Notes under the pieces: generated by a model
What the model was told of the DNA's origin: nothing
Databases searched by the model: none
What the model saw: only the letters and a program-made list of their open reading frames with translations
Made by a program: the position numbers and the translations under genes
Shown here: in pieces, positions 34,946 to 45,500 of the stretch
How positions within the stretch are numbered: position 1 is the stretch's first letter
How the letters are laid out: each line of letters begins with the position of its first letter
Virus record (IMG/VR): IMGVR_UViG_3300037837_000037
Span: 7,694 to 71,693 of that record
Source of the DNA: a virus
Taxonomy: Duplodnaviria > Caudoviricetes
Length of the DNA stretch: 64,000 nt
Strand: one strand, 5' to 3'

Positions 34946-35620
34946 TTAATAGTCGTTTGCGTAGTAAGTAGCTATAAGTAAAGCTTCAAGACCTGAAATG
35001 TAATAATCTTTTGATTTGAATCCAGTTGTTTCATCATGAACACCAGTTGATGTGATAAAATCCCTGAACTCAAAATCATTTGAACCAATGAATAATTCTT
35101 TCATCACAAATACATCTCTAAATAGATTTTGTGCATGGGTTAAATTTGCATAATAATCACCATAAACCCACGCTTCACATCTGACAAATTCCGAAACTGC
35201 CAAACGCATATTTTCATAAATCAATGCCCTTCCTTCAAGCAAATCATAAGGAACACCTTCTGTTCTTTTTACTAAAATATCCCAGTTTTCAAAATCACCA
35301 CTTTCACCATGAAACATGATTCTGTAATAATGTGGCATCAATATGAATTGACAAACAATAGATTGTTCTGCCGTGGTTAGTTCAGGAAATGCACCTGCTT
35401 CACTAGGGTTAACTTGGTCAGGGTCTTTTGCTAAAAACAAAACCTTTAGCCAGTTCCTTTGGGCATCGTATTCTAATGTTTCAGATACAAATTCATTACT
35501 TCCAACTGTTATAATATCAGTTGAATCTTCAAAACCTTCAGGAATTGAAAGTGCTGAATCCTGAATAATAGGTTCAGCAGGAATTCCATCTGTGATTTCT
35601 ATGTAGATTTTTTTAGCCAT
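34946..35620 (-). CDS. tail-fibre-associated hypothetical protein
   Basis: 224 aa, TAATG-coupled to the upstream gene. Confidence 0.55.
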   Translation of the reverse strand: MAKKIYIEITDGIPAEPIIQDSALSIPEGFEDSTDIITVGSNEFVSETLEYDAQRNWLKVLFLAKDPDQVNPSEAGAFPELTTAEQSIVCQFILMPHYYRIMFHGESGDFENWDILVKRTEGVPYDLLEGRALIYENMRLAVSEFVRCEAWVYGDYYANLTHAQNLFRDVFVMKELFIGSNDFEFRDFITSTGVHDETTGFKSKDYYISGLEALLIATYYANDY

Positions 35621-36213
35621 TATGTTTTCAATCTATTCCATCTGCTTGTGCTGTCCTCCCATATAAAATAGGTAAAACTTTTCTTCTTTGACTTGAAATC
35701 ACCATCAAAATCAAACCTAAAATCCGCAGGTGAAGCACCTTGATTCTTTTTGTATTTATGCTCAAAATTGCTGATGTTATGAATTGCAATTGTAAAACCT
35801 GCCTGAACATTAGTTGATGTCAATCCTTTTATATCAACTGCTTTTGTTGAATTAACTTTAATAATATTAAAATCAGCAATTGTTGGTATATCTAAATAAT
35901 TAGAATTTCCAGTTAAAGTCAAAGAATAAACCCTATCCAATGTTATTGCTCCACCTTCAAGTGAAGCATCACTGTTGGGCTCTGGTTGTATAAACTTTAA
36001 ATCATTACTATTTAATACCGTATCTCCATTATTAGTAATGGTTATCTCTCCCGAATTTAAAGCAACCCCTAAATCAACACTCTCTCTTATCTCTGAATAA
36101 GTAAACTCATCAGACAAAATCTCATTAACTATAGGGTGAGTAAAAACCCTGCCACCAAAATCATTTATGGTGACAGAGCCTACAATACCCGTTGTTGTTA
36201 ATAATACACCCAT
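35620..36213 (-). CDS. fibre/structural protein; N-terminal domain paralogous to 36217..37290
   Basis: VTINDFGGRVFTHP...SEIRESVDL vs VVIDDLGARGFLHP...EEIRDSEDL. Confidence 0.65.
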   Translation of the reverse strand: MGVLLTTTGIVGSVTINDFGGRVFTHPIVNEILSDEFTYSEIRESVDLGVALNSGEITITNNGDTVLNSNDLKFIQPEPNSDASLEGGAITLDRVYSLTLTGNSNYLDIPTIADFNIIKVNSTKAVDIKGLTSTNVQAGFTIAIHNISNFEHKYKKNQGASPADFRFDFDGDFKSKKKSFTYFIWEDSTSRWNRLKT

Positions 36214-36216
36214 TTA

Positions 36217-37290
36217 CTATGCTTCTATTCCGTATATTTCAACACCTAAATCAGAAATATTAGCAGCTAACTTAGTAAATCTAATTCTTACTTCATCTCC
36301 AGCAGTTACAGCTAAAGCTAATGCGTTATCAAAGCTCTTATCAGCAGCTACTACATTTTCAGTATGAACACTAGATCCGTTAACGTATATCTCAACATTG
36401 TAAGTTAAGTTAACACCTTGCTTAGACGCTACTGTAATACCCCATATAGTACCTGTAATCGGAACAATGAAAGGAGTGATGTTTGTAGTAATAGAACCTG
36501 TTCTTCTTAAATCTCTTGATCCATTCAAGTTTCCATCATCACCAGCACTATAAGTATAAGTCTTTTTAGCAGGAGAAGTAACATTTTCTAAATCTTCAAT
36601 TCTACTAGCAGCTTCATCTAAAGCTCCTTTTACTTCCGTAGGAACAACATCCCAATCAGTAGGTGTTCCAGGCGTATAAGGTACTTGTACAGCGGTTTGA
36701 TTAAACGCTCCTGTTCTCGCTTCCCACGCTGGAGATCCATCATCTACAAATACTCTATCTTGTGATTCACCTATTACATAAGCAACGTTACCGCTAACTA
36801 CAGCTTTAACAACCCAGACAGCTCCATCAAACTCAACTAAGCTAAGTGCTGCTGCACCATCCCAAGCTGCGTTAGAAGCTCCCGTATCATCAATAATATA
36901 TCTATCTCCTAATACTTCCGTTGGAGGAACTGCTGTGTTATCTACATAATCCAACACCTCACCTAATCTTCCTCCACCATCTTGAAGTAATGCAATAGCT
37001 GCTGCGTTGGTAGAAATATCTCCAGTGTTAGTAATTGTTTGAACTCTATCAAAATCTATTAAGTAGTTATCAAAAGTCGTAGCGTCTGTAATAGCAGCTC
37101 CGTCAAAGTCACCAGTTAAATCTCCAGCTACAATAGCAGCTTTTAAATCTTCTGAGTCACGAATCTCTTCTAAAGTATATTCAGAAGTTAAATCAAAATT
37201 TGTTGTTGGATGTAAGAAGCCTCTCGCCCCTAAATCATCTATAACTACCGTACCAGCAGCTACCGTTGAAATTAAAAATGTTTTTGCCAT
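36217..37290 (-). CDS. fibre/structural protein, two-domain mosaic
   Basis: PPTEVLGDRYII...AWDG fibre motif; C-terminal beta domain. Confidence 0.65.
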   Translation of the reverse strand: MAKTFLISTVAAGTVVIDDLGARGFLHPTTNFDLTSEYTLEEIRDSEDLKAAIVAGDLTGDFDGAAITDATTFDNYLIDFDRVQTITNTGDISTNAAAIALLQDGGGRLGEVLDYVDNTAVPPTEVLGDRYIIDDTGASNAAWDGAAALSLVEFDGAVWVVKAVVSGNVAYVIGESQDRVFVDDGSPAWEARTGAFNQTAVQVPYTPGTPTDWDVVPTEVKGALDEAASRIEDLENVTSPAKKTYTYSAGDDGNLNGSRDLRRTGSITTNITPFIVPITGTIWGITVASKQGVNLTYNVEIYVNGSSVHTENVVAADKSFDNALALAVTAGDEVRIRFTKLAANISDLGVEIYGIEA

Positions 37291-37294
37291 AATT

Positions 37295-37837
37295 CTAAGC
37301 TTTAATTAATTCTATTATTATTTTAGGTCTCTTGACTCCATTCCCGTTAACGTAAAACGATAAACACGATCCCGCAGGTATGCTTATGTTTAAATCTTCC
37401 GAAACCTTCTTATCCTCAGCACTTAAACTTAACACCGCATCAGGTATTAAAGATAAGTTATTGTGTATCTCAGCACTCCATGTGTCAGTATAACTACTGG
37501 ACGCTGTTATTCTCTTTAATATCAAATCCTCACTAGTTACTATCGGAGTTAGATTAGTGAAAACACCATCATCCTCTAAGTAAATCATACTACACAACCT
37601 ATTCCTACCAGCAGAATAAGTAACTCCAATACCAGATGTAGCATCTTCTAAGTCGCTTAAATAAGCTACCGTCTTTACTTCTGTATCGTCATAAACTTGT
37701 ATTCTACCAAGCCTATACCAGTACAAAGACTCTACCAACGGTAAAGGAACTTCTGACAATAAATGGAACCTAGCGTTTTTCAGCTCAAGTCCATGCAAGT
37801 CTAGTTCTCGTAAAAACGGAACCCCTGGTTGCTCCAT
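37295..37837 (-). CDS. fibre/structural protein; C-terminal domain paralogous to 36217..37290
   Basis: TYSAG...TNLTPIV...ITASS...EI..N vs TYSAG...TNITPFIV...ITVAS...EIYVN. Confidence 0.6.
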   Translation of the reverse strand: MEQPGVPFLRELDLHGLELKNARFHLLSEVPLPLVESLYWYRLGRIQVYDDTEVKTVAYLSDLEDATSGIGVTYSAGRNRLCSMIYLEDDGVFTNLTPIVTSEDLILKRITASSSYTDTWSAEIHNNLSLIPDAVLSLSAEDKKVSEDLNISIPAGSCLSFYVNGNGVKRPKIIIELIKA

Positions 37838-37841
37838 AATA

Positions 37842-39545
37842 CTACTTTATGTTATATGTCAAATAAGCTACTCCAGCTACAGGAATACTAAATAATATTG
37901 TAACCGTATTCTTATCAACGTAAGTTTCTAATCCAGTAATTTTATTACCTTGACTATCCACAGCTATAATTACTGGGAATGTTTTAAGGTTATGATTGAT
38001 AGTCCAAAGAACACTAGGAGTTGCTTGTGTGAACGTATATAGTCCAGTACACGGATTAACAACGTTAATAGAGCTAGAACTAACACCTGAGTATTTCTTA
38101 GGTGCTTTCATAGCAGTAAGCTTGTTAACCATGAAGTTAACCTCCTCCTTTGTAAGTTCAACGCACTTAGGTTTAATCCTCACTAAGTCAGCTATCTTAT
38201 AATCTAAAAAGTAAGATCCATCACCCCCAACTCCATTCCTATGATTAGGAAGTAAAAGTATAGATGTTTCAGCAGGATTTATATTGTTGTTCGTCCAATT
38301 AGGAACAAATTTCTCTGATTGTAAACCAAAGTTATCTCCCGCAGTTGCTGGAAGTTGCTTAGTGTATTTTAATACAAAATCTTTATTAAACACACTTAAA
38401 GAAGTGACTGAACCAGATAATGTTCCCGATACATAAGTAACGTAAATATTACCATCCTTATCTTCAGCTAAAGTAAGTATATTGTCAAAATCAGCAGTTA
38501 AAGCACCCATAAAGATGCCAGTATCAATAGATTCAACCAACACTCCATCACAACAAGCTGTCCATTTTTGAAACTGAATAGTATTGCCTGGAGGAATTTG
38601 ACTAGTCGTTAGAACTAACAAGTGGCCATCATTCATAACCACACTAGTGTTATTACTAAGAGCTGGATCCGTAAGCTTATTTGTTACAGTTCCAGCATTT
38701 ACATCTACATAATGTATTAAAGCACTACCGTTGTTGTTACCCGTTAATATAAGGTTACATTCACCGCTATGCCAAGTCATCTTCTGATAAGGGAAACCTG
38801 TTGTTGTAATCGTTTTAAAAGATAATAAATCAACTAAACTCACAGCCTCAATAGTGTTAGCATCAACCCTAATAAACAATAAGTTTAAAGAATCAGCAAC
38901 TTCCATTATAGCGTCAGTAGGTAAGTTACTTTTAGCACCTATAGCTAAAGCTAAAGTAGGTCCATTAAACGCTCCTGGTACTTTAAATACCGCAGGAAGC
39001 ATTGTGTCTCCAGTGCTAGTCCCAGCTTTTAAATAATAAGAATCATGTAATTCAGAATAGTAAAAACTAACATAAGAACCTTGGAATATATCTAATACAT
39101 TATCTTCCTCATAAATCAAAGTAGGTACGTTCTTTTCCCAAGAGTAAATCTTAATACCCGTATGAGTAAAACTAAGTCCGTCACTAAAGGTTACTAAAGA
39201 AACATTCTTTCCTAATTTAGAATTGTAAGTAACACCTTTCCATAAGTTAGAAAAAATAGGAGCATTAGGATTACTTAATACATCATCAAGAAGCTCCTCA
39301 CCTTCTACATTCCAATCAGAAGCTGCTCCACTGCATAAACAAGAACTTGGATTGCAATTACAAGCAGAATACTCATGCTTCTTTAACAACCAAGAAATAC
39401 TCTTTATATCTTGCAAGTTCTTTTCGTACTTCGCAGCTTTTTCAGTATTACCAAATTGTAACTCCTTATACATAGCATAAGATATATCAGCTTTAAAGCT
39501 TTGAGCTTTACTGAAAAAAGAATTTATTTTACCATCACAACTCAT
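37842..39545 (-). CDS. tail fibre/hub-associated protein with beta-propeller-like middle
   Basis: Cys-rich N-terminal part; C-terminal YTFTQATPSVLWTINHNL fibre-adaptor motif. Confidence 0.6.
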   Translation of the reverse strand: MSCDGKINSFFSKAQSFKADISYAMYKELQFGNTEKAAKYEKNLQDIKSISWLLKKHEYSACNCNPSSCLCSGAASDWNVEGEELLDDVLSNPNAPIFSNLWKGVTYNSKLGKNVSLVTFSDGLSFTHTGIKIYSWEKNVPTLIYEEDNVLDIFQGSYVSFYYSELHDSYYLKAGTSTGDTMLPAVFKVPGAFNGPTLALAIGAKSNLPTDAIMEVADSLNLLFIRVDANTIEAVSLVDLLSFKTITTTGFPYQKMTWHSGECNLILTGNNNGSALIHYVDVNAGTVTNKLTDPALSNNTSVVMNDGHLLVLTTSQIPPGNTIQFQKWTACCDGVLVESIDTGIFMGALTADFDNILTLAEDKDGNIYVTYVSGTLSGSVTSLSVFNKDFVLKYTKQLPATAGDNFGLQSEKFVPNWTNNNINPAETSILLLPNHRNGVGGDGSYFLDYKIADLVRIKPKCVELTKEEVNFMVNKLTAMKAPKKYSGVSSSSINVVNPCTGLYTFTQATPSVLWTINHNLKTFPVIIAVDSQGNKITGLETYVDKNTVTILFSIPVAGVAYLTYNIK

Positions 39546-39551
39546 ACGTTT

Positions 39552-40856
39552 CTATATTGAATCAAATGCGTTTCTTATATCGTTTTCGTCATAAGCTAAA
39601 TCTACAGGGTATATCAAATCTAAATGAAAGAAGTAACCTCCTAACATAGTTTGATCCTCACCATTCACATCAGAAGGGTAAGTTGAAGTAGGATGAGCTG
39701 TAACTACTCTATTGTCAGTTCCTGGACCAGTACCAGTAAAAGAAGTCTTATATGCTGCGTAATCTAAAACATACTCTCCACTACTAGCTTTAGTAATGAA
39801 AGAATGATAAGCACTATTAGGTATAGCTGTTCCCGCACCTGTGAAATCATCTATATCTGCATGAGTTACCATAAGTAACTTCCCGTCAGTCAACATGATT
39901 GCATTATTAAAAATAGCATCGTATACCACACTCTTAACACCAGCAGTATCTCTTACCACCCTTGTACCTGTGATATTCCTACCAAAAGCATTAGTTATTG
40001 ACGGAGCAAGAACTGAAGGTATAATAGGACTATTACTTAATATTGATCCCGCTGAAGCTGTTGAAAAACCTCCGTCAGAACCAGTGTAAGTTTCCGTATC
40101 TACATTGTAAGGAATTTGATACTCAGATGCTACAGTCCTAAGATTTGTAGATACCCCATTTTCCGCAAGAGGTATAAGGAACGTTCCATTAATATAAACA
40201 TTCCTACCTATAACTCTAATCTGAGGTTTAGGCCATCCAGTTACAGGAGCAATCCCAAAACCTTGACCTAATGTATAATCATTCAACTCCTTCCAATCAC
40301 TATCATATAAATCAATTCCACTAGCACCAGTAGCACCAGTGTTACCTATAGGTCCTTGAATACCTTGAGTACCAGCAGGTCCTTGAATACCTTGAGCACC
40401 TGTTGCGCCAGCTACTCCTTTTTCTCCCGTTAAATTTACATTCCAAGAAGAATAAGTACCACTACCGTTTTTTAAATCAATAGAAGCTACAGTAATAGCT
40501 CCACTACCAGTGTCGTAAGCTGTTACAATCCCTTCAAAATAATTAACCGTAGGATTAAAAGAATCAGAAACCCTAGCTCTCGCTCCTGAAGAATAAGCTT
40601 TTTCAGGTTCAACCGTAAAATTGACAGTTTGAGCAGCAGTATCTAATACGTTAATAGAGTTAGAACTACTAGTTCTATAACCTCTACCACTAACTCCGTT
40701 AGCTCCAGCAGCTCCAGTTAAACCAGTCGCTCCTGTATTTCCTTGAGGACCAGTTACACCAGTTAAACCTTGAGGCCCAGTTGCTCCAGCAGGTCCAGCA
40801 GGACCTTGAATACCAGGACAACAACTACTACAACTACAATTACTTCCGCAACTCAT
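39552..40856 (-). CDS. collagen-like repeat fibre protein
   Basis: Cys-rich N-terminus and two G-X-Y tracts flanking a beta domain. Confidence 0.75.
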   Translation of the reverse strand: MSCGSNCSCSSCCPGIQGPAGPAGATGPQGLTGVTGPQGNTGATGLTGAAGANGVSGRGYRTSSSNSINVLDTAAQTVNFTVEPEKAYSSGARARVSDSFNPTVNYFEGIVTAYDTGSGAITVASIDLKNGSGTYSSWNVNLTGEKGVAGATGAQGIQGPAGTQGIQGPIGNTGATGASGIDLYDSDWKELNDYTLGQGFGIAPVTGWPKPQIRVIGRNVYINGTFLIPLAENGVSTNLRTVASEYQIPYNVDTETYTGSDGGFSTASAGSILSNSPIIPSVLAPSITNAFGRNITGTRVVRDTAGVKSVVYDAIFNNAIMLTDGKLLMVTHADIDDFTGAGTAIPNSAYHSFITKASSGEYVLDYAAYKTSFTGTGPGTDNRVVTAHPTSTYPSDVNGEDQTMLGGYFFHLDLIYPVDLAYDENDIRNAFDSI

Positions 40857-41983
40857 TATATGTATACTTTAATTGAATAATACCCAGTAGATGACTCACC
40901 AGCACCACCGCTAATAGTAATAGAACCACCTACAACATCAAGGTCAGAATCATTTAATATCTTAAAGAAGTAATGACCTGCTGAACCAGCTCCACTAGTA
41001 GGATGTCTTTCAAATCTCTGATCAACACCCCTCATCATTATAGTTCCTGTATTTTCAGATAACGTCTTAGTGCTTAACGTATGAAAAGTACTAGCGTCTT
41101 GAAAAGCTTGAGAACCATAATCAGGCATATCTTGTTGCCTTACTATACTCATAGAAGCTGGTCTATAATAATCAGTACCAGCTATATTTACTGGAGTAAC
41201 CCAATCCCTAACTAAAACACCTTTAGGAACGTGTAAACCTATCTCTACAGCTCTAACCTGTATACCATTAAACATACCATTAACAGGATCTACATGCTCA
41301 AAATGAGAACTTTTAAGGTCAGTCAATATAGTTACGTCTGGATCGGCAGGATCAAAAATCAATCTATTTTCAGTTATACCACCAGCAATACTTAAATCAT
41401 CATCTGTAGTAGGTATATACGTAGTCGCTCCATTAGAAAACGCTCTCTTCGCAGAGAAAACAAGTTTATAATGATTATCTATGTTAATGTTCTTCTGGTC
41501 CATTAACTGTATATGCCAAGAACTATAACTACCTTGACCTACCACTTTTCTTACAGGAACACCACTGTTAACAGCGGATATATCTGTACCTGCACTAACC
41601 ACTAATGCGCCAGTCAAACTATCATAAGAAGTTACTTGACCTTCAAAGAAAGCTGTTGAAGATTTTAAATCATAAGCATTTGACACCCTTACTGTATCAG
41701 CAGGTCTGAAAGCTAGATTTAATCCAACCGTGAAATTGTAATCACCAGGAGCAGTATAAAGATCACTTACATTTACCGTAGAAGAAGATGTAGTGTAATA
41801 ACCATACCTATCATTAGCATTAGCTGGACCTGCTGGACCTTGAGGACCTGTAGCACCAGTAAGACCTTGTTTCGTAATTATACTTACTGGACCTCCACAT
41901 GGATTACAGTCATCAGTACAGCTACCACAGCTTGAACCTGAACTACTTCCACAACTTGAACTTCCACAACTTGTACAACTCAT
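40856..41983 (-). CDS. collagen-like repeat fibre protein (paralog of 39552..40856)
   Basis: Ser/Cys-rich N-terminus, short G-X-Y tract, shared FEG(I/Q)VT(A/S)YD..(S/T)GA domain. Confidence 0.7.
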   Translation of the reverse strand: MSCTSCGSSSCGSSSGSSCGSCTDDCNPCGGPVSIITKQGLTGATGPQGPAGPANANDRYGYYTTSSSTVNVSDLYTAPGDYNFTVGLNLAFRPADTVRVSNAYDLKSSTAFFEGQVTSYDSLTGALVVSAGTDISAVNSGVPVRKVVGQGSYSSWHIQLMDQKNINIDNHYKLVFSAKRAFSNGATTYIPTTDDDLSIAGGITENRLIFDPADPDVTILTDLKSSHFEHVDPVNGMFNGIQVRAVEIGLHVPKGVLVRDWVTPVNIAGTDYYRPASMSIVRQQDMPDYGSQAFQDASTFHTLSTKTLSENTGTIMMRGVDQRFERHPTSGAGSAGHYFFKILNDSDLDVVGGSITISGGAGESSTGYYSIKVYI

Positions 41984-42003
41984 AATATATGTATTTTATA
42001 AAA

Positions 42004-42543
42004 TTAACAACCGCACTTACATCTATTATAGACGTTCAGTGCTAATTTATGTGCCTTATCATAATCGCAAGCTCTATGACTAGCTACAGCTCCTTCCAAT
42101 AAGGAAATAAGCATAAATGTTTCAGCATCGTATTCTCCTCCACATTTAATATCAATCTTCTTAACTCTATCAGCTAAGCAACAATCAATAGGACATGTAT
42201 TTAAGAACCAATTTTCTACTTCATTAACACTACTATCACTAAATGTAATAGTGTATTTCATTTTCCACTCACCTGGAGCTATAGTACTAACCTTTAAGTC
42301 ATCATAGAAAATTTCAAAACCAGTACCATTAGAATTAGGTAAGTAAGGAAAAAGATCTATTGTAACAGGAACAGTTTCTCCTGGAATGTATACATCCACA
42401 GTAGCAGAAACCGCTTGGCTTACTGATTTGTTAGGAGTTCCATAACCCGTTTCATTTGAACAAGAATCATAAACGCAAGTAGTATCGTATATTACAAACG
42501 ATGATTTTCCAAACTCTATATTAAATCTAGGGGATAAACTCAT
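42004..42543 (-). CDS. tail hub/fibre-attachment-like protein
   Basis: Ig-like N-terminus, Cys-rich helical C-terminus ending CKCGC; lies between cargo and fibre genes. Confidence 0.5.
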   Translation of the reverse strand: MSLSPRFNIEFGKSSFVIYDTTCVYDSCSNETGYGTPNKSVSQAVSATVDVYIPGETVPVTIDLFPYLPNSNGTGFEIFYDDLKVSTIAPGEWKMKYTITFSDSSVNEVENWFLNTCPIDCCLADRVKKIDIKCGGEYDAETFMLISLLEGAVASHRACDYDKAHKLALNVYNRCKCGC

Positions 42544-42590
42544 AATAGTTAAATATTGTTAAAGTTATTAAATTTTTTGGTATAATGAGG

Positions 42591-45500
42591 TCACTTATAT
42601 GTTATTTTCCTCCACTTACTCTTTTCTCCATACAGCATTTCGTCTTTAACAGACTTTCTTAACTTCTGTAAATACACTTTATATTTAGCATCGTCTTTTT
42701 TCAAATCTTTCATAAGAGTCTTACCTTCATCACCCTTAAACTCTTTTATGTATTCAGCTAAAACTCTAGAATCATACTCCTCTTTAAAGCTATCCCTCAC
42801 CTCTGTAGGTATCTCTTTCTTATCGTTACTTACATAAACAAACTTCTTACCTTTTGTGAAGTCAGGAACTATATCATTCTTCTTTAAGTTAGTACCACTC
42901 ATTAAGTAATTCCAAGAATTGGACTTATCAGAATCTATACCTACAATATCTTGAAAGCTTTTTAATATATCATCAGAAGTTAAAGGTATCTTATTGCTAA
43001 CCCTTACTTTTTGACCTAAGTTATCTTTGTAATCTTCTTTTAAGTGATCTAAGAAAGGAACGTTAGTTGAAATCTTATCAGCCATGTAAGATAAAGCCCA
43101 ATCAGAATCTTTAATATCTACATTAGCTTTCTTAAACTCATTAAATAAACTTGTCTTCCAACTATAAGCTTGACTGTAGAAACTAGGCATTGCTACCCCC
43201 TTAGCTCCTCTTACAATCTGATCAGCTATATACTTCTTAGTTTTATTACCAGCAGTCTCTTCATTGTTTATAATCTTAAACACATCACCAACAGCTTGTA
43301 AGAAGTTTTGTTCTTTAAAGAAAAATAAAGCGTTCATCTTAGCTACATCTACCGCATCCCACATTTCTTCATTAGTAACTACAGTGTTATAATCTTCTCT
43401 ATCATACTTTAACTTATCTGACATTCCTCCCGCAAACGCTAAAGTAGGTCCTAAAGGGGAATCTCTATAATCAATCCAACCACTCCACTGATTTGTTCCT
43501 GGATACTTAAATCTAAAATGGAATTGCTTTAAACCTTTTTCATCCTCTAACTTTTGATTATCTTCAAAACTACCCTTTCCTTTATAAGTAATTTCAATTC
43601 TCTTATCCTCATCATCGTCAGGTAAGTCAAACGTTGAAGTCACAGCATATATTAAAGCTCCAGCAGCAGCAGTTCCGATACCTTGTTTAACTAAGTAATC
43701 CATTCTGTTTTCAGCAATAAACTCCTTGCCAGCTACACTCTTTTTTACTAACTCATCAGAAACGTAAGTGCTTCCAAAGCTAGTTTTATTCATAGCTTTC
43801 ATAACATTACCTCTGCCGAATAAAGCTTTTTTCAAACCTAAAACAGGAACGTAATCTGTAGCTGCATCAGCTAAGTTCAATGGTATTTTTAAGAAAGGTA
43901 TAACAAACATAGCTAAAGGTACATTACTTAAAAACGTAGACAACTTATCATAAACAAACCCAAAACTACCCTTTGGATGATGACCTAGCCTCATCTCCAT
44001 AGACTTCTGTTCTGCTTGAACTTTTATATCATCTTCTAGTAAGTCAAATATAACTTCTTGAACACGTTGCTTCTTTCTAAAGTTTTTAGTATCAACCCCA
44101 GCAGCTTTTAACTTAGCTAATTCCAAATCAACTTGCAATTCAGCAGTCTTTCTAGCAGCATCCGTATTACCAGTTCTACGATCCAACTCTTCCCAAAACT
44201 CTTTAGTTTTAGTGCTAGAGTAGTTACCTTCTCTTAAAATCTTATTATAAGCACCTATCACTACATGCCCTTGTCTTACAGAATAATGAGCTACAGCATC
44301 AGAAGCGAACAACAATCTTAACATTTTTGATCCTGGAGTCTCGTATAGTTTAGCTATTTTTTTAGCCGTACTTAAATCTTTCCATTCAGCGTTAGCTAAC
44401 TGATCAAGAACACCTAAACTAGTATTAGCTTCTTTAGCACCCTCTAAAGCACTCTCGTAAGGAATGTAACCCTCTTTCCAAGCATCTTTTATTATATCAG
44501 GACCTAAGTTTTTAAATCCTTTTAAAATAGAACTCATAACCCTGAAATTCTGAAACGTTTTACCATGAAGATTACCCTCTTTAGTAAACATCGCTCTCAA
44601 ACCTTTCGTGAACAACTTCGGATTCTTAAGGAACTCAGTTAATAATTGTAGTCCACCACCCCATGTAAGCCCGTATACACTCCTTAAAGTAGTAGATGCT
44701 GTTCCTAATATGTGTTGGTAGAAATAAGACGTTATAACGCCATGATAGTACCTCTCTAGCCAGTTCTTATTGTCAGCTTCAAGACTATTCATGTAAGTCC
44801 TGAAGTTTATAAAAGCTTTATCTCTAGCTACACTTCTTTCAGGTAAGTGCGAAATGTCATATATAAAAGCGTTTAACTTTTGAGCATCAGTTCCAGTAAG
44901 ACTAGCAAACCCGAATCTAGTAGCGAAAGCATCCAAGAAAGCATCTTCAGTTAAAGCACCCATATTGATTGCTTTAATAATATTTTCAACAGTAACCTTG
45001 TCAGATTTCAATACTTCATTTAAAGCTTCGTCAGTTAAATCAGGAACACCCAATACTTTAGCTAAAGCTTTTCTAGCATAAGGTTCTATCAATTTACCAA
45101 ACTGCTTCTCTAAAGAAGCTGCTAGTTCGTCTGCTTGAGTTGGTGTTAAATCAGTATCAGCTACTATCTTCTCAGCTAATGATCTAGCTTTCTCTTTTAC
45201 AGTGTCAATACCTTTACCATTCTTTTTAACTGCTGAGTAATGTTCTGCTACTATATCGTTAATCTTCTCCCCGTCACTTTTGATTTGCTCCTTTAAAGAA
45301 CTATCTAGTAAAGATTTACTAAAAGGCATACCTACTTCGTCACCGAAAAGAGATTCTAAGTCTTTTAATATCTTTCCTTTCTCCCCGCCACTAATAATTC
45401 CATTAGCTTCTTTATTATTAAGAATATCAACTATAGTATTTCTAGAACTATCCCAAACCTCCTTAGCGAAAGTTTGCTCTTGCATAGCTTTTATAAGCTT

